A stretch of DNA of 64,000 bases from Octopus sinensis (lineage: Eukaryota), in the NCBI RefSeq assembly GCF_006345805.1, contig NC_043000.1, forward strand, positions 138,322,001 through 138,386,000, read 5' to 3'. Positions within the stretch are counted from its first letter, which is position 1; every line of letters starts with the position of its first letter. The notes under the pieces are model-generated. The model had not been told where the DNA came from, searched no databases, and saw nothing but the letters and a program-made list of their open reading frames with translations. Positions 13,046 through 26,531 of this stretch are shown here, piece after piece. A program made the translations under genes and the position numbers.

Positions 13046-13982
13046 AGCGGCTTCTAGTATAGAAAGCAGAAAGCATCTTGAGTCAATGAGAAAATATTAA
13101 ATAAAACCAAACTACACATTAAGAACAGGACCAACAGTAAAATATGTGGGGAGGGGTCTAATTGTGGTAGTATAGGTTTAAATCTGTCAGAAGGATTGGA
13201 GATCCATTTATAAAAATAGGATCATATGCGGTCGCATCGTATAGAATATACCATCGCACGCGATCCCATTCTTAATAATTTATTTACTGACTATATAATA
13301 CATGCAGCGGCAATACACATAAGTTTGGAATGACAACAAGATTTCTTTTTAAGATATATACATTATTTATTTTATATATTTTACAATCATGCTTGATGTT
13401 GGAAGTTTGTAAGTGTTAGCATGTTTTTGTGTCTGTGTGTTCGTTAGGCGTAAAAAGGTACTGACCAGTGAAGTGACGATGGAATTTGATTCACAGTTCA
13501 TGTTGTTGGTATCGGCCTGGCAACAGGTAATAACAGATGGCTTAAGGTAGTTCTTAGAAGAAACTAGAACCCAAGAACAGATAATTGATTTACCGTTTAT
13601 GAGGTACAGCGTAAGAGTTCCATATCAAGATATTGCGTATCGCAGTTGAGATTAATTGAATCACTCGTTGTGTTTATCTTTCTCTTGATATGAACATACT
13701 TCCAGATATGTTACTGTAGCCGTTTTTTCCGTGGCGAGAATTTCACCTAACCGCTATAGCTGAATCTGTAGTCGTCTTGTGTACAAATTAAATCTTCGAT
13801 GTTTGGCGCTTGGTTTTCGCTGCGTCTTCATCATATGTTCTGCTTGGTTATTTTTCTCTAGTTATAGATATCCTGTAACCGTTCTTCATGGTGATATTTC
13901 ACACTAACAGTATAAGAGGTATCTGTAACATCTTATATTAATGGTGGTCGCCTGCCTTTCGAACTGGAACTTGGTCGAGTAT

Positions 13983-14085
13983 GCTCTGTGTGGTCAGAGA
14001 CTTAGCTCTTAAAAGAACTAAAAGCCTAAGACGAGCTCTGTGTGGTCAGAGGTTCGCCCTGAGAAGGACTGGAAACCTAAGACGA
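13983..14085. repeat. Two diverged tandem units of about 52 nt
   Basis: gctctgtgtggtcagag and cctaagacga are exactly repeated; the middle parts differ. Confidence 0.8.
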
Positions 14086-14128
14086 ATATTTGTCTGAGAA
14101 ACCTTCTTTTATAAGCTTTCTGTGGCTC

Positions 14129-14257
14129 CCAATGAACTTCAGAAATGGAAAGCTGTGATTGGCTGCTTGGAACTATGGCGCGAAAATAAACGGAGGCAAA
14201 TCGCGCCAAGTGATAACCAGCGGTGCGAACGTAGTAGAGACCAACGTGTCAGCCAAT
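14129..14257. promoter_or_regulatory. Candidate NF-Y/E2F promoter
   Basis: CCAAT at 14129, ATTGG at 14158, TGGCGCGAAAA at 14176 (E2F consensus, reverse), AAATCGCGCCAA at 14198 and CCAAT at 14253, in a CpG-rich non-repeat stretch. Confidence 0.55.
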
Positions 14258-15090
14258 CGAATTAGTGTTTACAACAATGTTGAACTAGCCGAAGATGTTT
14301 GTAATCTCGACCGAGGTTATTCTTAATACTCTTCTCAAACAGTGAAGATAGCAATGAGAGACGATATTGCTACAAGGTCAATTTTTTAAAAAATTAGTTG
14401 AAAGCCTAATTTATGCAATATTTTCAGAATATGTAGAAAAGTATATGGAAGCAAATGTGGTGTGTCGTCCTTATGACAATACAACATTTTGAACACCAAA
14501 GTACAGACAAATTGAACTCTGTGCACATACTAAACACATGTGCTAATAAAAAAAAAAACTTTCTCATCAAATTGATTAAAGTTTTTTCGAAATTATTCAG
14601 ACCCCAATTAGGAGGAAAATTTTTACAAGATCTAAATTAATTAGAGAAAATTTGAAGTGTACAGTTTCCGTTTTCAGAATTAAAAGAAGAGTCATTTACA
14701 AAGAAGTAAGCTTTCTACCTCATACAGCAAATCAATTCATTGGTGCTCTGAATTAGTAGACACATTTATTTTTACTCAGTAAAGGGATAGCTTTAAACGA
14801 CGGGTTGAACTAGAGTTTTTTGATCCCGATGACTTAGTGTCCTTAAGAACAGGAACAAAGTAGCAATAGATAGGTACAATTCAAAGATCAAAGCATAGGA
14901 ATTGTAAGCGTTAAGCATTTAAGCAGCTAGTATAAATGACAGAGATAATTCCCCACGATCTACAACGCCAAGGCCATCAGTTCACATGATTTCGACCTTC
15001 CTTGGTCTTGTCAATGATGGATGCTGAACAGCTAGAGACAGCAGTGACTCATCTCCCCAAAATATGTCTGTCTATATGTAGGTATATATG

Positions 15091-15139
<49 letters not shown>

Positions 15140-15727
15140 TGGTTGTGTTGATGATCTGTGTGCACAATGTGCAACATATTTAATATTTATATATATTGCA
15201 CACTGTCCAGAACCAAATCACATAATACTCTATAGTCCAAGTTCAATTATAATGTGATATAATCGCCACAATTCAGAGCAGCTTACTAGAAACATGAAGG
15301 AACAACAGCTAGGCTGAATGTTTTGTTAAGTTATCCAAGCAAGCATGTGAACGACTATGCTTTCCTGAAGAGAATTAAGAAGACTAAAATACGTTTAGAG
15401 TTGTTTCTGTGTCTTTCAAATTTCGGATTATTCTTCACCGTTCTCCATTTAGAAATTTTAAGTTTCATCAATTCAGTCTCAGATGCATCAGACCAGTTGT
15501 TGCCATTGACAATGTTTTCTTGATTTAAACATTCTAGAATACTTAACTACTTTCAATATGGATATAGTAACAGCTAATTATAGTTGTCATGTTTGCTGCA
15601 GTAGTGTATTAGTGCTTAGTTCACAAAATAGTACTTAGTTTGCTAAATTAAAGATGTAAGTTTTCTATCTAAGAAAATACGTTAAATTCTATCACTGTCA
15701 CAGTAAATATAACTGAAAATGAACATA

Positions 15728-16144
15728 GGCGCAGGAGTGGCTGTGTGGTAAGTAGCTTGCTAACCAACCACATGGTTCCGGGTTCAGTCCCACTGCGTGG
15801 CATCTTAGGCAAGTGTCTTCTGCTATAGCCCCGGGCCGACCAATGCCTTGTGAGTGGATTTGGTAGACGGAAACTGAAAGAAGCCTGTCGTATATATGTA
15901 TATATATATATGTATGTGTGTGTGTGTTTGTGTGTCTGTGTTTGTCCCCCTAGCATTGCTTGACAACCGATGCTGGTGTGTTTACGTCCCCGTCACTTAG
16001 CGGTTCGGCAAAAGAGACCGAGAGAATAAGTACTGGGCTTACAAAGAATAAGTCCCGGTGTCGATTTGCTCGGCTAAAGGCGGTGCTCCAGCATGGCTGC
16101 AGTCAAATGACTGAAACAAGTAAGAGAGTAAAAAGAGAGAGTAA
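15728..16144 (+). mobile_element. SINE family A
   Basis: Full length, with CpGs almost all intact. Confidence 0.92.
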
Positions 16145-16357
16145 GTAATTTTCATGAGAAACACCATACATTGGATAGATTTTACTATGTCGATGGTTTT
16201 AAAACAGGCACAGGGCCAGCGAATTTGAGGAAACTGAGCACTTTACTGATGTTTTATTTCATCATGGGATGAAAGGCAAGGTTGACAAAAGTATCGTTTA
16301 AACTGAGAACATAATGAATCAAAAGAAATATTTCAAGGCATTTTGTTTGATGTACCC

Positions 16358-16564
16358 TTTACTCTTTTAGTTGTTTCAGTCATTTGACTGCGACCATGCT
16401 GGAGCACTGCCTTTTAGTCGAGCAAATCGACCCCAGGACTTATTCTTTGTAAGCCTAGTACTTATTCTATTGGTCTCTTTTTGCCGAACCGCTAAGTTAC
16501 GGGGATGTAAACACACCAGCATCAGCTGTCATGCAATGTTGGGAGGACAAACACAGACAGACAA

Positions 16565-16609
<45 letters not shown>

Positions 16610-16772
16610 CGACGGGCTTCTTTCAGTTTCCGTCTACCAAATCCACTCACAAGGCTTTGGTCGGCCCGAGGCTATAGTAGAAGACACTTGCCCAAGGTGC
16701 CATGCAATGGGACTGAACCCGGAACCATGTGGTTGGTAAGCAAGCTACTTACCACACACCCACTCCTGCACC
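16358..16772 (-). mobile_element. SINE family A, tail-to-tail with the 15728 copy
   Basis: Full-length match. Confidence 0.9.
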
Positions 16773-18983
16773 TAAAAAGTTGGGCTGACAATTCTTCTAA
16801 ACCAACACCCTTACTTCACAATATTTTTGAGGTTTCTTTTTATTATTCATTTTAGAAAGTTGGAGTGTAAACTCAATAACATAGATGAGACGACCTCTCT
16901 ATATTTCCACCATATTCATCTTCTTGTACTGTATTTAATATATCGCTACAGTTTTGGTTTAATGGTCAGTTCTATTCTGGGTGTTGCTGTTTAGCATGGT
17001 CAAGTCTGATCAAGAAGATATATAATCAGAAACATTCAAACAACGATCATCCACTGTTTTTTCAGCAGTGACTATATTATCAATGTGTTCTTCCATTTTC
17101 TTTAAACATGATAAGGTGTAATTTGTTCATGCTATTTCTAGCAGATTGAGCAAACCTGTAGAAGACTTTACACTTATTTGGGAGAAAATTTATTTTAAGG
17201 TATGCATGATATATATACTCTTAAATAAGTGACTGTTTGCAATGTAATTATTAATCTTTCACTATTGTCAAAGCATTATTTCACTTTAACAAAAGGAAAG
17301 AAATTCTGTTCTAAGTTTAGATCTATGGTTGCTTAATGTCACCGTTTTGAATAGGTTAAATCTCTGGCAGAAACAGTGGGAAGTGTCAAATACATTACAG
17401 TTATTGATTTAACCCTAAAATATAAACTGATAACAAAGCAGGATACTTATCCTAAATTCTGCTTTACTATCTTTGGAAATGGTTAAACTTAAAATATTGT
17501 CATAGATCTTATTTAGTTACCTGGAATTGGTGGTGCTATACTCACCTTTCAAGGGAAAGGTAATTGGCTAAATTATTATGTTTTTGTTAGATGTTTTCAT
17601 TCATTGAAGGTTAGAGAATAATTCATATCTAATATTTGTTCATTGCAATACAGTTGAATCCCCTTGCATCCAAAATATGATTATGTAAGGGTTAATAGCA
17701 GCTAAATTTAGACCTAGTAAGGGAAGTCATCAATATAGCTGATAAGAATCTGAAAAAGAAACTGATTCAAAGATTTTGACACAAGTGGTACATATTGTGA
17801 TTTTAGAATTTAACCTAATAATAAAAAGTAGATATATCAATTAAATGGTTCTCTAATTCTTCCTATTTTGTGTGCTTCATATTTAGAGAATCATAGCACC
17901 TATCTTTACTTTTTCTAGTAGACTAGTCCAAAATTGGAAGGGCAGTATACATTGTTATTTACAGAAACTTCAAAATTAATAAGAAGAAGAGAGGAAGTTA
18001 GTTTCCCCTTGGAGACAAGGCATAGAGGTTCACAACAAAGTGGACTCTGCTAAATTGGGCAAAGAACCGAGTGATGGCGCTAAACTGAGTGATGGATTAA
18101 TATTATGATCCATAAAAAATAAATGGTTGTTTCGACAGGTTTCCATAAAAACCTCGTCTAGAAAATTACACTCACAAGTCTTGGGTCAAATCAAGATACT
18201 TCCCCAGGATTCCATTCAGTGGAACGGAACCCCAAACCATTTAAGTTGTGAAGCAAACTTTTTAACATCATAACATGCCAGTGTTCGTTTTTGCCTCGAG
18301 CAAGATGAATTATTCCATTAAACAAAGAATGCACAAATTGTGAACATGATAAACATAATGGATATTATCATATTTATTTTCCTTATTATCATCTGTTTGA
18401 GGATGATGATCATACTGATAGCTATATATTTTATTGTAAGTGGAACGGCATCATGAAAAGCATATCAAAGTTGCAGATTACCATAAAGTCGAATAAAGAA
18501 CGTCTATCGTTTTCTTCAATATATGAAATCACATGAAAAATGCTGCCTATTACCTGCTTAGCTTAAATTTTCAGTTGCTATGCATAGGATTTATATAAGG
18601 GCCATAGTTACATGCTGTAGGCAATAGAGTACAATATCGTACAATATCAAGATATATTAAGGTTGGCAAGGTATCCCAGCATGCCCTGCTTTCCTAGAAA
18701 TGAAATTGCAGATAAACTAATTTATTAGGAGTCATATTAGTGTTTGTCGAAATCTACTTTCCTGGCTATCAATCAGTATGCAAACAAATTGATAGCCTGT
18801 TTTGCTATAAGCTACATTTATGTAAATAGTGATTTAATATAAGTATTAAAGGAGAATATTAACATGAGTTATATCAACTGTTTAATGATGTATGCTGAGT
18901 TGCAAGATCTCCCTTTAACTTAAAATGACTTTATTGCTTGGAAAAGCTTGTAATTACTTTTGGAATTCATAAGATGAAGTAAT

Positions 18984-18986
<3 letters not shown>

Positions 18987-19037
<51 letters not shown>

Positions 19038-19047
19038 AATAATAATG

Positions 19048-19080
<33 letters not shown>

Positions 19081-19109
19081 TAATAATGATAATAATAATG
19101 ATAATGATT

Positions 19110-19141
<32 letters not shown>

Positions 19142-19214
19142 AATAGTAATGATAATAATAATAAGGATAATAATGATAATAATAATAATGATAATAATAA
19201 TAATAATAATGATA

Positions 19215-19245
<31 letters not shown>

Positions 19246-19265
19246 TGATGATAATGATAATGATG

Positions 19266-19299
<34 letters not shown>

Positions 19300-19467
19300 T
19301 AATAATAATAGTAATGATAATAATAATAATAATAATAATGATAATAATAATGATGATAATAATAATGATGATAATAATAATAATAATGATAATAATGATA
19401 ATGATAATAATAATAACAATAATAATAATAAATTAAAGCAACAACAACATTAGTAATTATAATGATG

Positions 19468-19536
<69 letters not shown>

Positions 19537-19585
19537 GCAACAACAACATTAGTGATTATAATAATAATAATAATTACTATAAAGT
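18987..19585. repeat. (TA)n plus compound (AAT/GAT)n array
   Basis: Directly visible; agcaacaacaacattagt recurs about 99 nt apart near the right end. Confidence 0.95.
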
Positions 19586-20409
19586 AGCACAAAAATTACT
19601 TTTTATACCTATACAGTTTAGATGATGCTGTACTATAGAATTTGGTATAAATGTTGTTTCTAATTTTGTCATGACACTCAAATATGTTTTTCTGAATTTT
19701 TTATTTTAGGTTTTTCTTTTTACCACCACAGTAATTGAATTTCAAGTTAGTGTATAAAATCTAAAACTTTAAAAGAAAATTGTGTAGACTTTATGGTGAG
19801 AATCTATATCAAGCAGCTGCAAGTTATATTTAAACACACACACACACACACACCAAATTTATATTATGACAATAGTCTGTATTTTGAAGATTAATCTTCA
19901 AAATAAGAGAAACTACTCAGAATGGAAGTGGCTAAACTACAGACTAAAATTTAACACTGGCATTTTATGTTGTTTTTATTATACATCAAATTATTATTTT
20001 ACATAAGTTTTTTTTTTCTCATGATATCATGGGTTGGATGGTAATTGAAAATTTGTACTTTAGTATAGTGTTGGAGCAGGCTGTAAAATTTACCAAAGCT
20101 GATTGACTTTTACACCTTTCACATACCAACTAAGGAATTAATGTTGAAATTTCAGTTATACATTATGAATCTAATTCTTGTTCAATGACATGTTCAAAGA
20201 TACTAGCAATGAGAGTAAAATCAAAAGTTTGAAGAAACGAATAGTAATATTAATTTAGTCACAGGCCAGCTCTGATGGAAGAAATATATGACCAAAAGCC
20301 TTCAAACACAAAACACCCTGCATTTTTAGGCATAGTGTATCTAGAGCTAAATGAAGCAATGCACCCTCTTCTTTCTTGAAGACATTAGAATGTTATTTAA
20401 ATAGATCTG

Positions 20410-20665
20410 GTACCTTGGGCAAGTGTCTTCTACTATAGCCTCGGACCGAGCAAAGCCTTGTGAGTGGATTTCATAAACGGAAACTGAAAGAAGCCCACCA
20501 TGTATATGTATATGTGACCGCATGTGTATCGTTGGCAATTTTTTTTCCTCCATCTTCCCTTCCTTGGATCTTTCCTTTTCCTATGTTTCTGACTAAGAGC
20601 TACTTGTTCCACGTCCTCGCGTTGTTGTGTTTTCTCTTTGTGTTTTCATGTTTGGATTAACTTTG

Positions 20666-20704
<39 letters not shown>

Positions 20705-20940
20705 TTGTGTGAGTGTGTGTATATGCTTGTGTGTCTGTGTTTGTCCCCCCCAACATCGCTTGACAACCGAAGCTGGTATGTTTACATCCCTGTAACTTAG
20801 CAGTTTGACAAAAGAAACCGATAGAATAAGTACTAGGCTTACAAAGAATAAGTCCTGGGGTCGATTTGCTCGACTAAATAGCAGTGCTCCAGCATGGCCA
20901 CAGTCAGATGACTGAAACAAGTAAAAGAGTAAAAGAGTAA
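20410..20940 (+). mobile_element. 5'-truncated SINE family A interrupted by a P1 element
   Basis: SINE 5' half at 20410-20505 and 3' half at 20665-20940; the P1 sequence sits in the SINE's internal (TA) tract. Confidence 0.8.
20505..20665 (+). mobile_element. P1 Penelope-like element with a deletion through its hammerhead
   Basis: Reverse complement of 8326-8536; tttctgactaagagct is joined directly to acttgttccacg, removing GAAAC. Confidence 0.6.
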
Positions 20941-21349
20941 TATTTCTTATTGGCTAAGAGAGTACAGAGAAACTTCCTCTTATGAAAAATTAACTTTATA
21001 CTCATTGTACTCAAGATGCAAAGTACAATGCTAAACATATAAAAAAAAAAATTGCAATCACCATAGGAACATTCTCTATTTGGAGAAGACAAATAGAATC
21101 CAGTATCAGTGCAGAATATACAAGTAAAAGATGACTAGAAACTGTGTATGAAATGATAACATATGTTATATGAGAGTGGTGTGTGTATGTGTTTTGTTCT
21201 GGTTTATGTTTGTGAGTATCTGTTTTACTATGTGCAGTTTGATTCATTGATCAATCACTTGAAAGATATACAATGATATATAAGTTGACTCTACATATCA
21301 GTAATAAAAATAAAGCACTTATATACTGTACTTAATATGAAATAGAATA

Positions 21350-21452
21350 TTTGTGTATATATGTGTGTGTGTGTGTGTGTGTTTACCTGCTTCATACCTC
21401 AACGTTCTTTCTAGCTACTATGACGATCTGATATATGTACACCCCACCCCAC

Positions 21453-21518
<66 letters not shown>

Positions 21519-21532
21519 TATATATATGTATG

Positions 21533-21565
<33 letters not shown>

Positions 21566-21607
21566 TATATATGTATGTATATATATATATATATATGTAT
21601 TTATATA

Positions 21608-21657
<50 letters not shown>

Positions 21658-22065
21658 TATATGTATCTATCTATATATATGTATATATGTTTATATGTAT
21701 GTATATATATATGTATTTATATATATATTTATGTATATATATGTGTATGTGTGTTAGTTCGTGTGTGCGTGCACATAAATGTATTTATATTCATACACAC
21801 ATACAGACACACACACACACACAGACACACACATACATACATATGTATATTGTAATACTTTTAAGATATATTTAGTTCAGTTGTAACAAATTTTTCTACT
21901 CAAGTTTTCTTTTATAGAGTCTCTTTCATAACAGACACATACGATCTCATATACACACACACATACATACACACTCACACACACACTCATGCACACACAT
22001 ATACACAGACACAAACACACACACACACTCACACAAACTCTCTCTCTCTCTCTCTCTCTCTTACA
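21350..22065. repeat. (TG)n/(TA)n/(CA)n/(CT)n microsatellite cluster
   Basis: Directly visible. Confidence 0.93.
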
Positions 22066-22555
22066 CACATCTATTTCTGTAGGTGGATGGGCGTGTGTTG
22101 ACAGTGTTTTAGGATGTTTATTGCGTTTCCATGAGCAATATTTTTTTGTTTTCATTATCATATTATTGTTTTGCAATATATACATCAACAATTTATTTCC
22201 CATTGAACTCTTTCTAGACTTATATTTTTCTCTTATTATTATTCTCGTAGCATATTTATCATTTGCTGAATTCATGCTGCTGCGTAAATTATTTTTCATA
22301 TGTTTGATGGAAAAATTTTTGTGTTAATCATGTTTTTTTTTCTCGTATTTATGTATCATTTTAAAATGCTTGCATTTAATTATTGCAATGTCATTTAGGA
22401 TGTAATATGTTTGTAACTGTGTATCATTGTATGCTGGTAAACACGGATCACTTTTATCTGCTTCTGGATTCTTCATTATTATTGACATCATCATCATCAT
22501 CACTACCATCATCACCACCAATATCAATTTTTACATCTACTTTTCATTCTGACAG

Positions 22556-22581
22556 AGGCTGCACAAGGCATCACTGAGTCA
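22556..22581 (+). CDS. Candidate 26-nt microexon (xAAQGITES), phase 1 to 0
   Basis: Acceptor ttttacatctacttttcattctgacag and donor CA|GTGAGT; only the splice signals support it. Confidence 0.35.
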
Positions 22582-22989
22582 GTGAGTTCTTATACAGAGT
22601 CACATCTATTTTATATGAATTTTAGGACCTTATTTCCCTTAAGAAACCTATTTTTGATATTGTTTCTATGGTTTAATGCCCATTCTAACGAGAAACTTGT
22701 TAAAAATGTATAGTGTGTACTTAATCATAGCACCAGCCCTAGAGAGTTTGTCGTGTCCTCAGCAAAACTAAAAAGTCCTCTCGAAGTTCATTAGTTAGAC
22801 ATAGCAAATCAAATGTTTGTTGTTTTGATGCTGAGAGTATATGCCTGCTGATTCATTTGTTCTAATGCCGACAATATATGCCTGTTGTGAGTGTGTGTTT
22901 GTGTGTGTGTGTCTGTCTGCTGTGTGTGTTTTTTATGTATTTGTGTGTGTGTGTGTGTGTTTGTGTTGTGTATGTCTATTATTTTCAGT

Positions 22990-23150
22990 TTCAAATCATT
23001 TGGTTGCAATCACAGACTTAAATATTATTTCCTCAAAGTAGCCAGGTAAGATTTGGCTTTTCCAATCCATTTGTAGATTTCAACATCCATGGGTGCAGTC
23101 CATAACAAGACTGAAAGAATCCTCAAACACTTCTCTCAACACTTTTACTC
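22990..23150 (-). mobile_element. Possible old RTE-type RT fragment
   Basis: The minus frame gives MDVEIYKWIGKAKSYLATLRKII...IATK*, resembling the EIxxRIxKA...TK segment of RTE RTs. Confidence 0.4.
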
Positions 23151-23429
23151 AACCAGCCACTCCTCCAGCTTTCTTTTAGTCTATAATTTCCACCAACACA
23201 TAAGGCGAATCTTATGAGAGTCGCTTACACACAAGGCCTTAATACACTCCTCAACTATTTCTGATTCTATCTTCTACTTTCTTTCTCTCTATCCTCAAGA
23301 CTTGTCCTTATTGACACATGGCTTTTATTTTATTGTATTCTAGAATTTATATATATTCTACAATACTATCAACAATCTGTTTCATCTGAATAGAAGACCC
23401 AGAAAGCCAAGCCAGATCATATCCACAGC

Positions 23430-23867
23430 TGATGCCAGTGTCACATAACTAGCCCTTTTAAAAGTACCCTTTTATGTCAGGCAATATGCTGTGCTTGAGA
23501 AGACCTGTTGAGTTAAATGAATGGTTGTCATGGCTCATACCAATTCTGCCTGACTGGCACCCATGCAAGTGGCACATAAAATGCACCATTTGGGTGCAGC
23601 CAATGCCAGTGTTGCCTGACTGGCTCCTGTGCTGGTGGCACATAAAAGGCACCATTCGAGTGGTAGTCATTGCTAATACTGCCTGACTGGCCCCCGTGCT
23701 GGTGGCATGTAAAAAGTATTCACTACACTCTCAGAGTGCTTGGCATTAGGAAGGGCATCCAGGTATAGTAACCTTGCCAGAGCAGATTGTGGCCTGGTGC
23801 AGCCTCCTGACTTTCCAGTCCTCAGTCATACCATCCAACCCATGCCAACATGGCAAGCAGACGTTAA

Positions 23868-23903
<36 letters not shown>
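23430..23903 (+). mobile_element. RTE LINE 3' end with 3 hairpin units
   Basis: ggcaatatgctgtgcttgagaagacc (ORF2 end, YAVLEKT-like), three units of about 65 nt, then aacccatgccaacatgg...gacgttaaa(tga)n. Confidence 0.8.
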
Positions 23904-24329
23904 GTGCACTCAGAATTTGCAAATTTTGCAATATATCACATTAAATGATGTTCCATCTGAAGTGTTGGTCACATTGATATATAATATGATGCACACTAGA
24001 AAGGAAGAACAAGGCATCAAGATTGGAATTATGTAGAAATACCAGGTTGGGTGTATCTGAGAGTGAGAGAACTAGTTACTTGAAATTTTTATCCTATTTT
24101 ATAAGATAAAAATGGCTAGCAGGAAAAGATTGTAGGTCTCTTGTGTTCTTTTTTGGGGGCATAGATTTACTTCAATTCAGTTATTAATATATAAAAGAAA
24201 TTTAATAATTCAAGATTTTAGTATTGCACACTTAACATGCTAAACTACAAATTCTTGTATTGTTGTTTATCATGATGATGTCATTACCATCAAGCACATT
24301 ATCATCATCATTGTAATCACCGTGGTTAC

Positions 24330-24401
24330 TCATTTTCGGCTTTTATTATCATGATGAAAACCATTGTCAGAGTCATCATCATAATTGTCACCACCATCAC
24401 C

Positions 24402-24433
<32 letters not shown>

Positions 24434-24645
24434 CATCATCATCGTCATCATCATCATCATCGTCATCATCCTCATCATCATTACCATCATCAGGTGCAAT
24501 GCCATCATCCTGCTCTCAACAATTATTTTGCCAACATTATTATCATTCTGGCCATCACCATAACTATTATCGTCCACATTACTAATTCCATATAGAACAT
24601 ATCTTAATCATGGATATCATCACCCTTATTTTCTCTTTTTCTTTA

Positions 24646-24708
<63 letters not shown>

Positions 24709-24770
24709 GCCATTCCTATCAATATTATCCATGCTGGATATTTGCCAACAACTGTCCAATCCACCATAAA

Positions 24771-24801
<31 letters not shown>

Positions 24802-24895
24802 ACCACCACCACCACCACCACCACCACCATCATCACCACCACCACCACCATCATCATCATGGTCGTCATCATCACCACTAACCACCAGTCTATTA
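24330..24895. repeat. (CAT/CAC/AAC)n, (CT)n and (CAC)n microsatellites
   Basis: Directly visible. Confidence 0.93.
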
Positions 24896-25639
24896 CCTCT
24901 GTCATATTGAACAACCACTAGCATCACTAACTATATCACAAATAGTCAATCTCATTACCAGATTCAAAATTGATACAGTCACCAATTCTTTTTGCCACCT
25001 TCACCAATGCTACCAATACCACCACCACCACCTCCCTCCAGTACCACCACAATGACTACTAAAACAAATGTCGACCCTTCACTTTCCTGTCCTTACCATC
25101 ACCCTCACTACCATTACCCACCCTGCCAACATTTTTTATACTTATTTCTGTTTTATAATTCTTGTTATTATCAATTCAATCAAGAATCTTTATTCTATTA
25201 TAATTTCTCTCTATCCTTCTCTATTCCATTGCTGTTGTAATTTTTTCTCTAATATTCATATTGATTCATTTTATTATATTTCTTTTATTTTATGTGTGTG
25301 TTTTAATTAGGTTTAATATGATTTCCTGATTCTCCATTACCGAAATTATCTATGAAATACTCTCAAGCTATGAATGTAAAATTGGTTTTTAGTTTCAGTT
25401 CTTCAATAACTTAGATATAAAATTTTCATGAATATCACTGACAATTATAAAAGCATCAAGTACATGTGTGGCCATGTGGCTATGCAATATCCTTTATTTT
25501 GTAAAGGTTATTTCTACAGATATCTGATAGAAATTATAGCCGGCACTAATTTTGGCTACATTGGTTTGTACACGAGACATCAGATGTAAACAAACAATGA
25601 GATCGAAGATAAAAAGTGGGTAATGGGTGTATATGCATG

Positions 25640-26155
25640 TTGTGGTTAACAAACAGGGCCCAGCATGTTGTGGTTGGTGGAATGCACTCAAGACCAGCAA
25701 CAGACATCAGTGGAGTCCCGCAGGGTACTGTACTTGGTCCACTTCTTTTTATTGTCTATATCAATGATATGGCAAATTCTATTGAGCTTAGCACCATTAA
25801 AATATTTGCAGATGACTCTAAGCTCCAAAAAGTCATTAAGGGAGCATATGATCGAACAATGCTTCAATAGGACCTATGCGCAGTATCCTAGTGGGCACAA
25901 AAAAGCAATATGCAGCTGAACGAAAAAAGATTTGAGCTCATCCACTTTAGAAAAGAGAGCATACTCAAACAACCATATACACTACCATAGAGAGACCTAC
26001 TTGAACCGTTGGATAATAGCAGAGACTTAGGTGTAACTGTCGGTAGCAACCTTAGCTGGAGTGTGCACATCAACAAAAAAGTTGATGTTGCCCACAGAAT
26101 GTGCTCATGGATCCTCAAAACTTTTTAATCTAGGGTTCATGAAACCATCATCCAG
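25640..26155 (+). mobile_element. CR1/L2/Jockey-group LINE reverse transcriptase fossil
   Basis: WLTNRAQHV...SGVPQGTVLGPLLFIVYIND...FADD...RDLGV...LSWSVHI, with several in-frame stops. Confidence 0.9.
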
Positions 26156-26531
26156 ATCCAGATAAATTGTCCAGGAGAGTTAAGTCTTTTGGCCTTGGAT
26201 GCCAAACAGTACCAATGACAAGAGTCAAACTTGCAAATTTTATTTAAGATTCGATATCCCATTTAGCATTGGCATTAATTTTTTATTCATCTGATAATAA
26301 ACTCTTAATGAAACTTCAGATTCCTCTTCCTATCAACAAGTTATTCTTATTGTAAAATTTTGCTTATAATTGGAATATCAACCTTCATTAGTTACATTTT
26401 GCTTTTATTGTTCCATGTTTCTTTTAGCTGTATACCACCACTTAATATATTAATACATTAAGCTCAGTGAAATAGCTACTAAAAAATTGGAGGTTCTGAG
26501 AGCTTACCTTTTATTCTGCAACATTTTTATG

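Noticed and set aside
12693-13100. 135-aa plus-strand ORF as a host gene
   Set aside because: It is mostly the antisense of the RTE-X-like 3' end.
13925-14276. Solo LTR (TGTAAC...TTACA/ACA with AATAAA)
   Set aside because: No matching 4-6-bp TSD for any end pair tried and no second copy in the window; kept only as an alternative to the promoter reading.
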